A stretch of 64,000 bases of DNA. It comes from Haliotis cracherodii. Taxonomy: Eukaryota. Both the position numbers and the translations under genes were made by a program. Positions 1-12,358 of the stretch are shown in pieces. Location of the stretch: the NCBI RefSeq assembly GCF_022045235.1, contig NW_027266308.1:22072001-22136000 (forward strand), read 5' to 3'. The notes beneath the pieces were generated by a model. The model did not search any database, was not told the DNA's origin, and saw only the letters and a program-made list of their open reading frames with translations. Position 1 is the first letter of the stretch, and the number at the start of each line of letters is the position of its first letter.

Positions 1-41
1 CGACTCGACATTCACCCGCCATAAAGCAAGGATGGCATCCC
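1..41 (-). CDS. ADCY10: Soluble adenylyl cyclase (ADCY10-like), internal exon truncated by window edge
   Basis: Minus-strand acceptor at 42-43; translates (G)DAILALWRVNVES, matching the sAC GDALLALWRV motif and in phase with the exon at 282-419. Confidence 0.85.
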
Positions 42-281
42 CTGTAGCACACAAGGAAACCAGTACAATAGGAAACCCCTATTCAGATGCTAACTGAATA
101 CGATCAAGCCGCCAAGTAATTTTTCAAAACAAGGTCATCAGTTCAGGTGAGTGATGCCATTCCGTTTTGAATTCAGTTCATCTGAAAATTTAATTTTTGT
201 ATTGTTTTTTTAATTCTATACCACTTTTTGTATTTGTTTCATCGATAAGCGTATGTTAACCGCAACAAACTGATTTTGTAC

Positions 282-419
282 CGGCGTATTTGAGCACGTC
301 CCCGTCCGAGGAGAGAATGCCGTCGACGATGGCGCCCATGTAGGCGTTGAGGGTGCTGGTAAGTTCGTCGATGCCGCTCTTCTCCATTGCGCTATACTGC
401 TCACATAAGGATGTAAATC
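282..419 (-). CDS. ADCY10: ADCY10-like exon (cyclase C1 domain)
   Basis: GFTSLCEQYSAMEKSGIDELTSTLNAYMGAIVDGILSSDGDVLKYAG, a class III cyclase motif as in sAC (GFT...GDILKFAG); ccccag acceptor and gtacaa donor, phase 1/1. Confidence 0.9.
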
Positions 420-821
420 CTGGGGACAGACATAATGCATGGTTATGACATTGATGAACACGATAGGGTGAAGGTTGAATGTGAAGTGCCATTGTCTCTG
501 GTCGGACTTGCCAATTTGTTATCATAACACTGCAAAATAAATCCAATAATTTTGCTCTCACAATTTATCATTTTATGAAAAGGAGTGACGTCTACGATGC
601 TGTCAGAAACATTCACCCATACTACCCAGGAAATAGGCTTGGCAAAACGTAACCATGTAGAGATTCGAACTTTGGTCTCCGGGACTACGTCTTGTTCAAT
701 TGGCTTTTCAGATGCAAAACAATACAAATATCATAAGTATCTAATTTATTTTATTTATAAGTTCGGTTCATATTTCTCACATTTACCGAGAGTTCTATTT
801 CCATAATAAACACATCATGGC

Positions 822-1002
822 TTATGCCCCTTGCAATATGACGTCATTGGTGCCAACTAATTTGCGATTTCTTGACGGGTTAGGCAGTGTATCGGATGCC
901 ATGTTGTCTCACCATAAACTGGTACTTGATATCTTTTGCGTTGTGACAAGACAGGGACCCAGTTAAATTGGCACCAATTACGTCATAATCTAAGGGGGAT
1001 AA
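822..1002. mobile_element. MITE-like inverted-repeat element in ADCY10-like intron
   Basis: Imperfect terminal inverted repeats: ttatgcccctt..atgacgtcattggtgccaa versus ttggcaccaattacgtcata..aagggggataa. Confidence 0.55.
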
Positions 1003-1302
1003 TTCAGGCCTGTTTAGCTCGGAAAACGAAGGCCTCATAACGGCATGACACTTTCACACTTATTGCGAGCTTCCAATGAGAAAAATGAGGGTATATTTTC
1101 AAACACTGATACTAACTAATTCGAAAATTGCGTTTTGTTTAAAATGAGAAAGAATGTGATGTTCGCGTGTAAACCTCCCCTATTAGGAACAGTCTCCTAA
1201 TTACTTGAAATGGGGGTAGTGGTTATATTTAACACATGCTCGGGGGTCTGTAAGAGAGACTACCCACGCCATAGCTGTTCGAAGTCCGAAGTTCGAACTG
1301 AC

Positions 1303-1482
1303 CTGATATGTCGGCAAACATCAAGACAGAGTGGTACTCTGTGCTCCATGGCAAGGCTCTGGTATGGTCAGCGAAAGTGACCAGGCCTGGCACGTGCGGC
1401 GTTAGGGCCTGCACTTTTTGGTTCTGCTCCGCGCGCCCGTGTTTCTTCCGGAAGAGCGTAAGGGCTAAATCCGTGAAGTTTG
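1303..1482 (-). CDS. ADCY10: ADCY10-like exon (N-terminal part of C1)
   Basis: ...ALTPHVPGLVTF...YHSVLMFADISG (sAC AHLPDLIV...VLMFVDISG); AG/GT boundaries, phase 1/1; upstream start exon not located. Confidence 0.9.
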
Positions 1483-1754
1483 CTGGGGAAAAAATAGACA
1501 TACAATAAATAAATATACTGTCTTACAAAACTATACGTCTAGTTTAATACCTGACTTCTCCATAGTTCAAAACACGTCTGGGTTTTTTCATACAGAACAC
1601 GCGTTTAAATTTAAGATACCCTAGTTAGATATTAAATCTGTTTTCATCTGATATATGATTTTTGTTCGTTGTTTAAGTTCAAAACGATAGCTACATTCAC
1701 ACAATTGATTCACTTATTTTTTGTCGCTAGTACATTACATCCAGTCTAAAGTAT

Positions 1755-2128
1755 TTTTGTTTGTTTAACGCAGCACAATATTCCAGCTATATGACGCGGG
1801 CATGTAAATAATTGAGTCTGGACCAGATAATCCAGGGATCGACACCTAGAGAATCTAATTGTGATACAATTACATATATTCAACTAAGTCAGCGAGCCTG
1901 GCCAGCCGACCCACATAATTCTATTGAGTGAGTGAGGTAAAAGTTAAAGTCGCATTAGCATTATTTCAGTCATGTAGCAACGAGAACAATTTGACATGTA
2001 CCAAAGTGAGGAATGAATACAAAGTTATATCTAAAAATACAGTTGTCAACTATATTTGGGTATAACAATATCAGTCGCCTTCTGGGACAAGCATATGGGT
2101 TGTTGAGGATCTATGTACCACACGGGTC
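1755..2128 (-). mobile_element. SINE family A copy (decayed, interrupted by another repeat at about 1920-2070)
   Basis: Reverse complement of the family A tail (gtttgtttaacgc..caatattccagctatatgac..gagtctggaccaga) and of its head (agtcgcctt..caagcat..gggttgttgagg). Confidence 0.7.
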
Positions 2129-3778
2129 TTATACATTCGTCACCACTCGCCCCTTTTCGTAACTTGTCCCGGAATAATACGAGTTGGTCACGAATGGGGT
2201 CTTATGAAAACTGACGGCCAAAAGAAACTTTACTGTAGTTTTAAATCCCTCTCGTTTAAAAACCGCACAAGACAGATGCGTGAAGTAAAATGTATTGAAA
2301 ATAAATCAACATTTAAAATGACAGTCATACAACATCCGACATTGGCATGACAGTTGCCCGAATTGAGGTGTTGTAGCAAAAACAAGCTTTCATGGTAATG
2401 GACAAAAGTCACACACATCTAAAATCGCTCAAGTTCAACGACACGTCACATGAATATGGTGTATGACCACCCCTTGCTACAAGACACGCAAAAAATGTAT
2501 TGAGGCCAGATTTTTTCAGGTGCAAAACCAGAATATCAAATGGTCGGCCCCTATATGGCATGCTGTATATATATATATATATATTTATTATATAAATGTA
2601 ATGTTTATGATGAGTGCACTCACGTTGTTAAACCCATACACGTGCATGTATAATTCATAATTTTCTCAACGAACTATGGAACATGGCGGTCGAGTTTCCG
2701 ATGTACTATATATCTATATATTCTATTGTGATATTTAAATTTGACTTCAATACGATTTTTGCGTGTATGGAAGTTTAAACGTAAACTGTGTCTATTTTCC
2801 ACAAACGAAAAAAGTCAATTCTTATAACTATAAATAAGACAATAGACAATAATAATTTCAAACTTGTTTCATCATTAACACAAGGCACTGGTTCAAAGAT
2901 ACGAAATCAGCGCAATACACGTAATAAATTAATTGCTAACGATTTTATGGCAATTGATTGTCCAACCAAGCAAATTTTCAACATTATCAAACATTAATCC
3001 GTAACAGCATTTGAGGATACATTTATCAGGAGCTGACACTTTGTACGTTCTCCAATATTTGACTTTATGATAATACAATGTGATTAAGATGGTAGCTCAG
3101 CTTGCTGAGGAATGATCAGGAATCGCCACATTTGTAGGAACTCAATTGCATTTTTGTTAAGAGTAGCGTAAATTACCAACAAAGTAACAAATGAATACAC
3201 AATGAAAACAAACATCTGACATTGACTGTCGGGCAAACAAAGGATGCAGCCATGTTTGATGGTGGCCAGAAATGGTTATGCCATGATGATCAAGTATCTG
3301 ACGATGTTTTCAGCCGAGTAAGTTTTGTATGTTTTTGGATCAAGGTGTATACTTTCTTTAGTTTAGATACATTATTCGACCGCTGCTCTGTCTAATTGAA
3401 CTCTTAAGGCAGATTGTATCAAGTATTATTCAAGTTAAGAAAACATATATCTGTATCGACCGAGTATAATATTATCACATTTCTTTCAAACATAGCTTTT
3501 TATTAAATCGGTACCAAACTCGTATGCGTCCACGCGAGACAGCTAGCAAGGGTAATAAGAATCTAATATGGTACAAACGATTTCAAAAATAAGTTTTCAA
3601 TAAATATTTCAAATCAAAATATCTGACCTCGTCTCTGCGAATCCCTGCTTTCCGACTCCATGATTAAAAGCTCCGTGTGGGGATCAGAATGTGAGATTAT
3701 CAAAGTTTATAGCTACCGCCATTTTCATCTTTCACGTTCAGCTGACCCTTCAGACACTGTTGTCAACCTATTACTGTA

Positions 3779-3822
3779 TGACGTCACAAAGCGCCTGGGA
3801 AATCCCCTACGGAAGCGGAAGC
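3779..3822 (+). promoter_or_regulatory. OTUB1 proximal promoter: full CRE (TGACGTCA) plus tandem ETS sites (CGGAAGCGGAAG)
   Basis: Exact motifs at 3779-3786 and 3810-3821, 30-75 bp upstream of the OTUB1 ATG, between the divergent ADCY10-like and OTUB1 genes. Confidence 0.6.
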
Positions 3823-3852
3823 TGTATTTCACGCATGTCTAACATCGATGCC

Positions 3853-3883
3853 ATGGCGGAGGGAAGTTTCAAGTACGATCCAG
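3853..3883 (+). CDS. OTUB1: OTUB1 exon 1 (MAEGSFKYDP)
   Basis: GCCATGG Kozak context, CAG|GTAGAT donor, phase 1 fits exon 2; in-frame upstream ATG at 3835 is an alternative start. Confidence 0.75.
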
Positions 3884-4687
3884 GTAGATTTGTTTTTCTT
3901 GATATTGTCTGAATTCGACTAGACTGATTTAAGAAAGTGAATGGATAGGGACTTTAAAGACGTGGTATTTGTTTTCCGTGATGTGATGTCACATTCGTTG
4001 CTTGGTATTGTTTGAAACCTCAGTGTTTGGTTTCATCGTTCGTGATTACATTTTTGGGGCGATCATAACCTCAGTAGCTAAGCAGCGTCTTTTGACAAGA
4101 AAACACAATATAAGCAAATTATATCGAATGAATCATGAAGTATGGTTTATCGAGAGATGCTAATTACCCTCCGCCTGCTGAACACACTTCACTGATCTCG
4201 TTTATGGGATTACATCCAACACTCTTTAGGCATTGGATCTCCTGTTCCAATCAAACTGTACCAACGCTTTAAGTTGCACGTGCTCTTATCTGTGGTGCGT
4301 AAACAATCTATTTCATAGACAGGATGGCCAAACACCTGGCACAGTAACGATTTATAGTTGGCAGAGTCCAGTATGTCGCAATGGATGAACATATTTATGC
4401 TTACACTACTCATATTCACGAGTATTATTAATGTTTGGTGTAACATTTATTAAAGAATATAAGTGTTGATACTTTTTGATTAGTGTGCGATTATGATCGA
4501 CACTTGTATCGAGATGTAAAAAATCATGATCCACCAATGCATCAGTGTTTAAACCCACTACTGCTCATATTACTGTGATATCGATTGCTATGAGTAGATT
4601 ATTGTCCTTGACCATGTTGACTATACTTGTCACTCTTTCATTGACATGAATCATCGGGTTTTATGTTGGCATCTCAAATATTTACAG

Positions 4688-4740
4688 ATAAAAATTATGA
4701 TGAAGAAACACTGGCACAGCAAAGAAATATTGAAAAGGAG
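4688..4740 (+). CDS. OTUB1: OTUB1 exon 2
   Basis: tttacag|...|gtaaga; DKNYDEETLAQQRNIEKE resembles the OTUB1 N-terminal helix YDEAIMAQQDRIQQE. Confidence 0.88.
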
Positions 4741-7159
4741 GTAAGACATTTTATCGCTTAGTTGTAGCAGTTTCACTCTCCTTCTTTTCTCATGTTTCTT
4801 TTCCGAACATATACCAAATTAATCATAATCTGATCTATATCTCTAATTTGGTATCATGATGTTGGTTGTATTTTTAGGGCGGGTAGGTGAACTGAACAAT
4901 ATATGTGTTCTCTCAGAAATAATGAAAATTATACCATGTATACAGCACTCCGATCACCATCAGTCATCATTTATGGTTATTTTAGATGACTGATATCTGT
5001 ATACACAGGTTAATATGTCCGACTGATTACAATTAACGTCAGTGTTTAACTAATTGACAAAACATTACTAGACATAGTGATTTACAATTTCAATTACATC
5101 CTGTTACGCTAGGCCTATTATTGTATAATCTGAAATAATTGTCTTATAAAATATTCAGGAACTGGCAATCAGCTGTACATTTTCTCCCATGATCTACCAG
5201 TGATGCAGTCATAGAATATCCTCTAGAATAACTTAGACAATGTTTCATGCAATGATCAAACAGAGAATATTATGTCTGAAACTTTATATTTTGTGATATG
5301 TTATTAATCCTGCTTTTACAAAATACATTAAAAAATAATCTTTAGAGTTGCACTTTGGAATGTTACTGGTTATTTATTATGTATGGAACAGTGTGACCAT
5401 TTAACAGTGATCTTGACATGAAGACGTCCTGCTGTCTTACCGTTTAATAGAACATAAATAATAGCAAACATGATTTTTCTGAATCAAAGTGTGGCATTTA
5501 TGGTACATATATCTATTCTCTGACAACTAAAGTTTGTTTCAAGGCATCAGTAGCGGTAACCATGGTAATCAAGGAACAGTGAGTTGGTACAAGCTGCCAA
5601 TCAGTTCTCACACGACTTCTGTGAAATTAATGTAAATAACACTGAATGGAATCAAACAAGATATACATTGAACACTTTTTATAACCAAGCTGTGTAATAA
5701 CAGGACTAACTTACGTACTTCAGTACAGATTTTTTTACTCTTTTTTTTGTTACATACTTGCGGTTGTCACTCTTGTTACATGTTGATTCCCAAATTGAAA
5801 CAATATGTTAACCCAGAAATCTGTATGTAAAAGAGTTTAGTGTGAAACCAACAAACAACCAACAAACAACCAACAAGTGGTATTCAATCGATAAGGGTGT
5901 GCGGTATTACCGGTACACCGGTATATTGTGGTGCAAATCTTCAGCAACTCGTATTGTGATACGTTTGTAAATGTAGCAATATATTAGGGGAAATATAGAT
6001 AAGTATATTTAAGCTACCATGTGACCGTATCATCCCCCTTGATCGTTGCTGGTATACAAAATGGCAGATGATTTGACATTGTCTCAAATAACTAATCAAT
6101 AAGGGACACCTACTGATGGTATCTGACATTAATACAGGGTATAACTCTGATTAACTCATGAAAATGTAAATCGGCAATATATTGCAATACGTATTGCATT
6201 ACAGGTTAAAGTATGGTAATATATTGCAATACGTATCGCAATACTGGTTAAGGTATAGCAATACATTGAAATACAAAATCCAGGTCAATACACATCCCTA
6301 ACAATCAACAATTGTATTACAAATTAACTAGGTTTACAAATCAATACAAATGACTGCACAGCAATTACAATGGCAGTACACACTAGAATGGTAGTACAAT
6401 ATTCAGTGACAGTATACATGTGAGAGCAGCTCAAGTTATTAGAATGAGCGCAGAAAAAAATATCTTTGTGTTCAAAGGGCCGCACAACAAGGTTCATCAT
6501 ACCAAATTCTTGACAAGAAATATTAAATTCCTGAAATTCAAGTCATGATTAGATCTTATAGTACAGTACACTACACCATTTCATTATTTTACAGGACCAT
6601 CATATTTCCCTTAAAATTAGTAATTGGGGGTCCTCTGGACCCTAGTTTTGTAGGGCAAGGTAAAACCCTGATGTATATTATACACAAAAGATTATGCTGT
6701 TTTCAGTTGTTTTGTTTTCGCCACCAATTTCACACATGGTAGCATCAATGTGCTGCTTAAAACAGCCTTCAAGTTATTGTCAGCCAGTACAATTATTGCT
6801 ATTTTGAGTTCAATTGTTTACATGTTTACCATATAAAGTCTGTGATTGTGCAGTGAGGTGGTGCAATAAAACAAATGAAATTTTTAAATTATTTTTTTTT
6901 ATTCACTGATTATGTTTTTCATTGTAACCTGTCAAGCTACAAAATGAGCTAAATGCTGTGTCTTTATCAGAACAAATGATCCATTGGCGATAATTCAGTC
7001 AAAATCAATGTCATATTAATATTATTTTTTCAAATACTTGAATAAATTTTATAAAGTGCTATTTTGTCCTATTGTTTATGTTTTTATGTTTTTTGTGTGT
7101 GCACAAGTTCTGTGCAACTGATTATGGTTCTAGATATGGCCTTTTAATATTGGTCTGTT

Positions 7160-8836
7160 ATTTGTATTGTGTATGTACAGATTACAGACCGTTAGTCACT
7201 GGTCAGTACACAGATGAGTGTACATATTGTGTATGTACAGATCACATACAGTCACTGGTCAGTACACAGATGAGTGTATGTATTGTGTATGTACAGATCA
7301 CAGACAGTCACTGGTCAGTACACAGATTAGTGTATGTATTGTGTATGTACAGATCACACACAGTCACTGGTCAGTACACAGATGAGTGTATGTATTGTGT
7401 ATGTACAGATCACAGACAGTCACTGGTCAGTACACAGATGAGTGTATGTACTGTGTATGTACAGATCACATACAGTCACTGGTCAGTAAACAGCTGAGTG
7501 TACATATTGTGTATCTTCAGATCACAGACAGTCACTGGTCAGTACACAGATGAGTGTACATATTGTGTATGTACAGATCACAGACAGTCACTGGTCAGTA
7601 AACAGCTGAGTGTATGTATTGTGTATGTACAGATCACAGACAGTCAGTTGCTGGTCAGTAAACAGCTGAGTATATGTATTGTGTATGTTCAGATCACAGA
7701 CAGTCACTGATCAGTAAACAGCTGAGTGTATGTATTGTGTATGTACAGGTCACAGACAGTCACTGGTCAGTAAACAGCTGAGTGTATGTATTGTGTATGT
7801 ACAGGTCACAGACAGTCAGTTTCTGGTCAGTGAACAGCTGAGTGTATGTATTGTGTATGTACAGATGACAGACAGTCAGTTGCTGGTCAGTAAACAGCTG
7901 AGTGTATGTATTGTGTATGTACAGATGACAGACAGTCACTGGTCAGTAAACAGCTGAGTATATGTATTGTGTATGTACAGATGACAGACAGTCAGTTGCT
8001 GGTCAGTAAACAGCTGAGTGTATGTATTGTGTATGTACAGATCACAGACAGTCACTGGTCAGTACACAGATGAGTGTACATATTGTGTATGTACAGATGA
8101 CAGACAGTCACTGGCCAGTAAACAGCTGAGTGTATGTATTGTGTATGTACAGATGACAGACAGTCACTGGTCAGTACACAGATGAGTGTATGTATTGTGT
8201 ATGTACAGATCACAGACAGTCACTGGTCAGTAAACAGCTGAGTATATGTATTGTGTATGTACAGATCACATACAGTCACTGGTCAGTAAACAGCTGAGTG
8301 TATGTATTGTGTATGTACAGATCACAGACAGTCAGTTGCTGGTCAATAAACAGCTGAGTATATGTATTGTGTATGTGCAGATCACAGACAGTCAGTTGCT
8401 AGTCAGTGAACAGCTGAGTATATGTATTGTGTATGTACAGATCACAGACAGTCACTGGTCAGTAAACAGCTGAGTGTATGTATTGTGTATGTACAGATCA
8501 TAGACAGTCAGTTGCTGGTCAGTAAACAGCTGAGTGTATGTATTGTGTATGTACAGATCATAGACAGTCAGTTGCTAGTCAGTAAACAGCTGAGTGTATG
8601 TATTGTGTATGTACAGATCACAGTCAGTCAGTTGCTGGTCAGTAAACAGCTGAGTGTATGTATTGTGTATGTACAGATCACAGACAGTCAGTTGCTAGTC
8701 AGTAAACAGCTGAGTGTATGTATTGTGTATGTACAGATCACAGTCAGTCAGTTGCTGGTCAGTAAACAGCTGAGTGTATGTATTGTGTATGTACAGATCA
8801 CAGACAGTCAGTTGCTGGTCAGTGAACAGCTGAGTG
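7160..8836 (+). repeat. 56/60-bp minisatellite (about 29 units) made of the OTUB1 exon-3 acceptor plus first 13 codons
   Basis: Unit tgtattgtgtatgtacag|atcacagacagtca(gttg)ctggtcagtaaacagctgagtgta; the last unit runs directly into the real exon. Confidence 0.95.
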
Positions 8837-8895
8837 TGGAGGAACTCATCGAGGAGTATGCCCAGGAAGATGAGGTTTACCGCAAGAAGTTGGAT
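8797..8895 (+). CDS. OTUB1: OTUB1 exon 3
   Basis: ITDSQLLVSEQLSVEELIEEYAQEDEVYRKKLD, similar to OTUB1 IAVQNPLVSERLELSVLYKEYAEDDNIYQQKIK; gtaagt donor; phase 0/0. Confidence 0.88.
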
Positions 8896-9102
8896 GTAAG
8901 TGGAGTTTAATGTTGATAATCAAGTGCAGGAAGTATTGGAAATCAACACAAATGTGATGAAAGTTTTGTCAGCTTTGTGGTAAAAATATATCTGAAAATA
9001 GCAACCTGACAGGGTCTGAGTTAGATATGTATAAACATTGAAAAATGCAACCTAATATGTATGTCTACCTGGACCAAGTGTGTGTGAATAAATTGAATTA
9101 TG

Positions 9103-9935
9103 TGTCACCCCTGTTGCTCTGAGTGGTCCTTGGGTGTATATGTTGATATATTTCCTCACCCCTGGTGCTAGGAGTGGTCCTTGGGTGTACATGTTGATAT
9201 ATTTCCTCACCCCTGGTGCTAGGAGTGGTCCTTGGGTGTACATGTTGATATATTTCCTCACCCCTGGTGCTAGGAGTGGTCCTTGGGTGTACATGTTGAT
9301 ATATTTCCTCACCCCTGGTGCTAGGAGTGGTCCTTGGGTGTACATGTTGATATATTTCCTCACCCCTGTTGCTCCGAGTGGTCCTTGGGTGTACATGTTG
9401 ATATATTTCCTCACCCCTGGTGCTAGGAGTGGTCCTTGGGTGTACATGTTGATATTTCCTCACCCCTGTTGCTCTGAGTGGTCCTTGGGTGTACATATTG
9501 ATATATTTCCTCACCCCTGTTGCTTGAGTGGTCCTTGGGTGTAGATGTTGATATTTCCTCACCCCTGTTGCTTCGAGTGGTCCTTTGGTGTACATGTTGA
9601 TATTTCCTCACCCCTGTTGCTCCGGGTGTACATGTTGATTATTTCCTCATCCCTGGTGCTACAAGTGGTCCTTGGGTGTATATGTTGATATTTCCTCACC
9701 CCTGTTGCTCCGAGTGGTCCTTGGGTGTACATGTTGATATATTTCCTCACCCCTGGTGCTCTGAGTGGTCCTTGGGTGTACATGTTGATAAATTTCTTCA
9801 CCCCTGTTGCTACGAGTGGTCCTTGGGTGTACATGTTGATATATTTCCTCACCCCTGGTGCTCCGAGTGGTCCTTGGGTGTACATGTTGATAAATTTCCT
9901 CACCCCTGTTGCTACGAGTGGTCCTTGGGTGTACA
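9103..9935. repeat. 49-51-bp minisatellite (about 16 units) in OTUB1 intron 3
   Basis: Unit gagtggtccttgggtgtacatgttgatatatttcctcacccctggtgctag. Confidence 0.95.
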
Positions 9936-9978
9936 TATTTTACATTTATTACACTTAATTACATGCATGCTATTGCAC

Positions 9979-10240
9979 AGGTCGCCCAGTTGTCTAAGGC
10001 ACCACAATTCATTGTGCAGAGTTGTGTCCCTTGGACACGCCAGAAACCTGTGATTGTGGGTTCAAATCCCGGTTCAAATTCCAGGTTTATCAGCACCATA
10101 CCCATGCTCGTAGTTTAACCATTGTTCACCAAAGTGGTAAACTTCAGAGATCTGCATCATTTCGGGCTTGCCTTCCACATTAAGCTGACACATTGTGATG
10201 TAATACTGTTACATGCAGCATTAACCAAACTCACTCACTA
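9979..10240 (+). mobile_element. SINE family B copy (tRNA-derived, V-domain-like)
   Basis: Matches copies at 18464, 24733, 35499 and 37296; B-box gggttcaaatccc; (actc)n tail. Confidence 0.8.
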
Positions 10241-10440
10241 TTTACACACACAAAAATTCATTCAGTGTTGAACAAAACATAGGAACATTTATGTATAAAA
10301 ATAGACAATTTCAAGCCAGTGTTGTTTCATGTAGATTTAACTGTGCCAAATTGAAATTGTATGGAGAAGGTTGTTATATACATGATGTAAGGCAATGTTG
10401 TCGAGCAGACTGAGCTGACTATTGTGTGTGGTTGTTGCAG

Positions 10441-10559
10441 GACATGCGGTCAAGGTACAAACAGGTGAGGAAGACACGAGGGGATGGAAATTGCTTTTTC
10501 CGGGCATTTGGTTTTTCCTACCTGGAGAAGCTTCTCACAGATGATACAGACATGACAAG
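10441..10559 (+). CDS. OTUB1: OTUB1 exon 4 (catalytic Cys)
   Basis: DMRSRYKQVRKTRGDGNCFFRAFGFSYLEKLL, the otubain RKTRxDGNCFxRAF catalytic motif. Confidence 0.97.
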
Positions 10560-10625
10560 GTGGGTCCCTTAACATGTAGATGTTGCACAGACATGATGAA
10601 GAATTCACACCTTAGTTTGTTTACA

Positions 10626-10880
10626 GACCCGTGAAGATCCGGGGTAGAATAGGTCCTCACCAACCCGTGCTTGCTGTAAAAAGCGACTATGTTTGTTGTA
10701 AGAGGCGACTAACGGGATCGGGTGGTCAGACTCGCTGATTTGCTTGATGCATCCCAATTACATGGACCGATGCTCTTGATGTCAATCACTGGATTGTCTG
10801 GTCCAGACTCGATTATTCACAGACCGCTGTCTTATAGCTGGAATATTGCTGAGTGCGGCGTTAAACAACAAACAAAAAAC
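10626..10880 (+). mobile_element. SINE family A copy
   Basis: Starts gacccgtgaagatccggggtagaataggtc and ends gctggaatattgctgagtgcggcgttaaacaacaaac, shared with more than 10 other copies in the window. Confidence 0.85.
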
Positions 10881-10983
10881 ACAAAAATATTAGTTGTTTT
10901 TTACGAATGTGTAAAAACTAAACTGCCTATTAACCTTTCAACTTTGCATATTTGCAATCATGAATACTGCTGTCAATTTACAG

Positions 10984-11068
10984 GTTCAAAGAGATAGCCA
11001 GCAAGAGTAAAGATGAGTTAGTCACTCTTGGCTTTCCACAGTTTACCATTGAAGATTTTCATGAAACA
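10984..11068 (+). CDS. OTUB1: OTUB1 exon 5
   Basis: FKEIASKSKDELVTLGFPQFTIEDFHET (OTUB1 SKEDLVSQGFTEFTIEDFHNT); phase 2/0. Confidence 0.95.
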
Positions 11069-11253
11069 GTAAGTTTGTTTCACACTATAACTTGATGCCT
11101 TCAATATTTAGTATAACTCATAATTCTGACGTATTTGGTGGCATTGATGTAGCCTAGATACCATTTAATTTGTCATGATTGTCTTTATGATGTAAGTCTT
11201 ATATCACGGTATGCATGGTATGAGGTGCCATATCAGCCATACCATAAATACCA

Positions 11254-11800
11254 GCCCGCCTCCGTGGTCTACTGGTAGAGCATCTGCCTGGAAAGCGGAA
11301 CGTCCAGGGTTCGATCCCTGACTGCATCACACCAAAAGAATTTAAAAGATGGTACTTTTTGTTACCCGCCTGGCGCTTGACATTAAGGGGCTAAAACAAG
11401 AACCTGGTCGGCTTGGAGTCAGTATACTGTTTTTGAGACACACCACACCACACCACACCACACCACACCACACCACTACACACCACACCATTACACACCA
11501 CACCATTACACACCACACTATTACACACCACACCATTACACACCACACTATTACACACCACACCATTACACACCACACCACACCACTACACACCACACCA
11601 TTACACACCACACTATTACACACCACACCATTACACACCACACCATTACACACCACACCACACCACTACACACCACGCCACTACACACCACACCACTACA
11701 CACCACACACTCACTCACCCACGCATGCACATCTCTATATAAGTGCAATAATCTTGAACGTGATGTGTTAAACCCCATTTTACCTCACCTCACCTCACCC
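11254..11800 (+). mobile_element. SINE family D (tRNA head, Meta/MESC-like core) with an internal (CACAC)n-type microsatellite at about 11437-11710
   Basis: A/B boxes (gtggtctactggtaga / gggttcgatccc); core accaaaagaatttaaaagatggtact..cctggcgct; tail gtgcaataatcttgaacg..gttaaaccc; homologous to 47325, 47795 and 63030. Confidence 0.7.
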
Positions 11801-11887
11801 ATAATAATCCAGACATACCATGTACCCATCAGCCATACCAGATATAACAGACATACCATGCACACCAAACATATACCAGACATAGCA

Positions 11888-12072
11888 GACCCATGAAGAT
11901 CCGGGTGAGAATAGGTCTTTAGTAAGCCATGCTTGTTGTGAGAAGCGACTATGCTTGTCATATGAGGCGATTAACTAATCGGATGGATCGCTTACTTGGT
12001 TATTTACAGACCACCGTCTTATGGCTGGAATATTGCTGAGTGCATTGTTAAACAACTAACTAACAAACCAAA
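11888..12072 (+). mobile_element. SINE family A copy (internally deleted)
   Basis: Same head and tail as the 10626 and 27533 copies. Confidence 0.8.
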
Positions 12073-12128
12073 CGAAAGTATGATATCTGGTTACAAGACT
12101 TTAGTTAGGTGTTAGCCACTGTTAGGAG

Positions 12129-12288
12129 CCGGGCGGTCGGATAGCCTAGTGGTTAAAGCGTTCGTTCGTCACGCTGAAGACCTGGGTTCGATTTCCAATA
12201 TGGGTACAATGTGTGACGCCCATTTCTGGTGTCCCCCACTGTTATATTGCTGGTATATTGCTAAAAGTGGAGTAAAACCATATTCACT
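12129..12288 (+). mobile_element. SINE family C (short tRNA-derived SINE) with 12-bp TSD
   Basis: A box tagcctagtggtt, B box gggttcgatttcc; TSD cactgttaggag at 12117-12128 and 12289-12300. Confidence 0.85.
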
Positions 12289-12358
12289 CACTGTTAGGAG
12301 ACACATAGCACAGTATTGTTGTGTATTGTAACTATGGTAATATACACTTATGTTTCAG

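Noticed and set aside
2331-3253. Candidate ADCY10-like first exons (2331-2393 and 3177-3253)
   Set aside because: Donor phases (0 and 2) do not match the phase-1 acceptor at 1482.
9103-9935. 51-bp array as another splice-site array
   Set aside because: Not adjacent to an exon boundary, and only some units have a weak TAG acceptor-like site.
7072-10053. Many repetitive ORFs (ITDSQLLV.., MYTQGPLL..)
   Set aside because: Minisatellite translations; only 8797-8895 has OTUB1 homology.
11342-11778. His/Thr-rich and Val/Cys/Trp-rich ORFs
   Set aside because: Translations of a (CACAC)n-type microsatellite inside a SINE.
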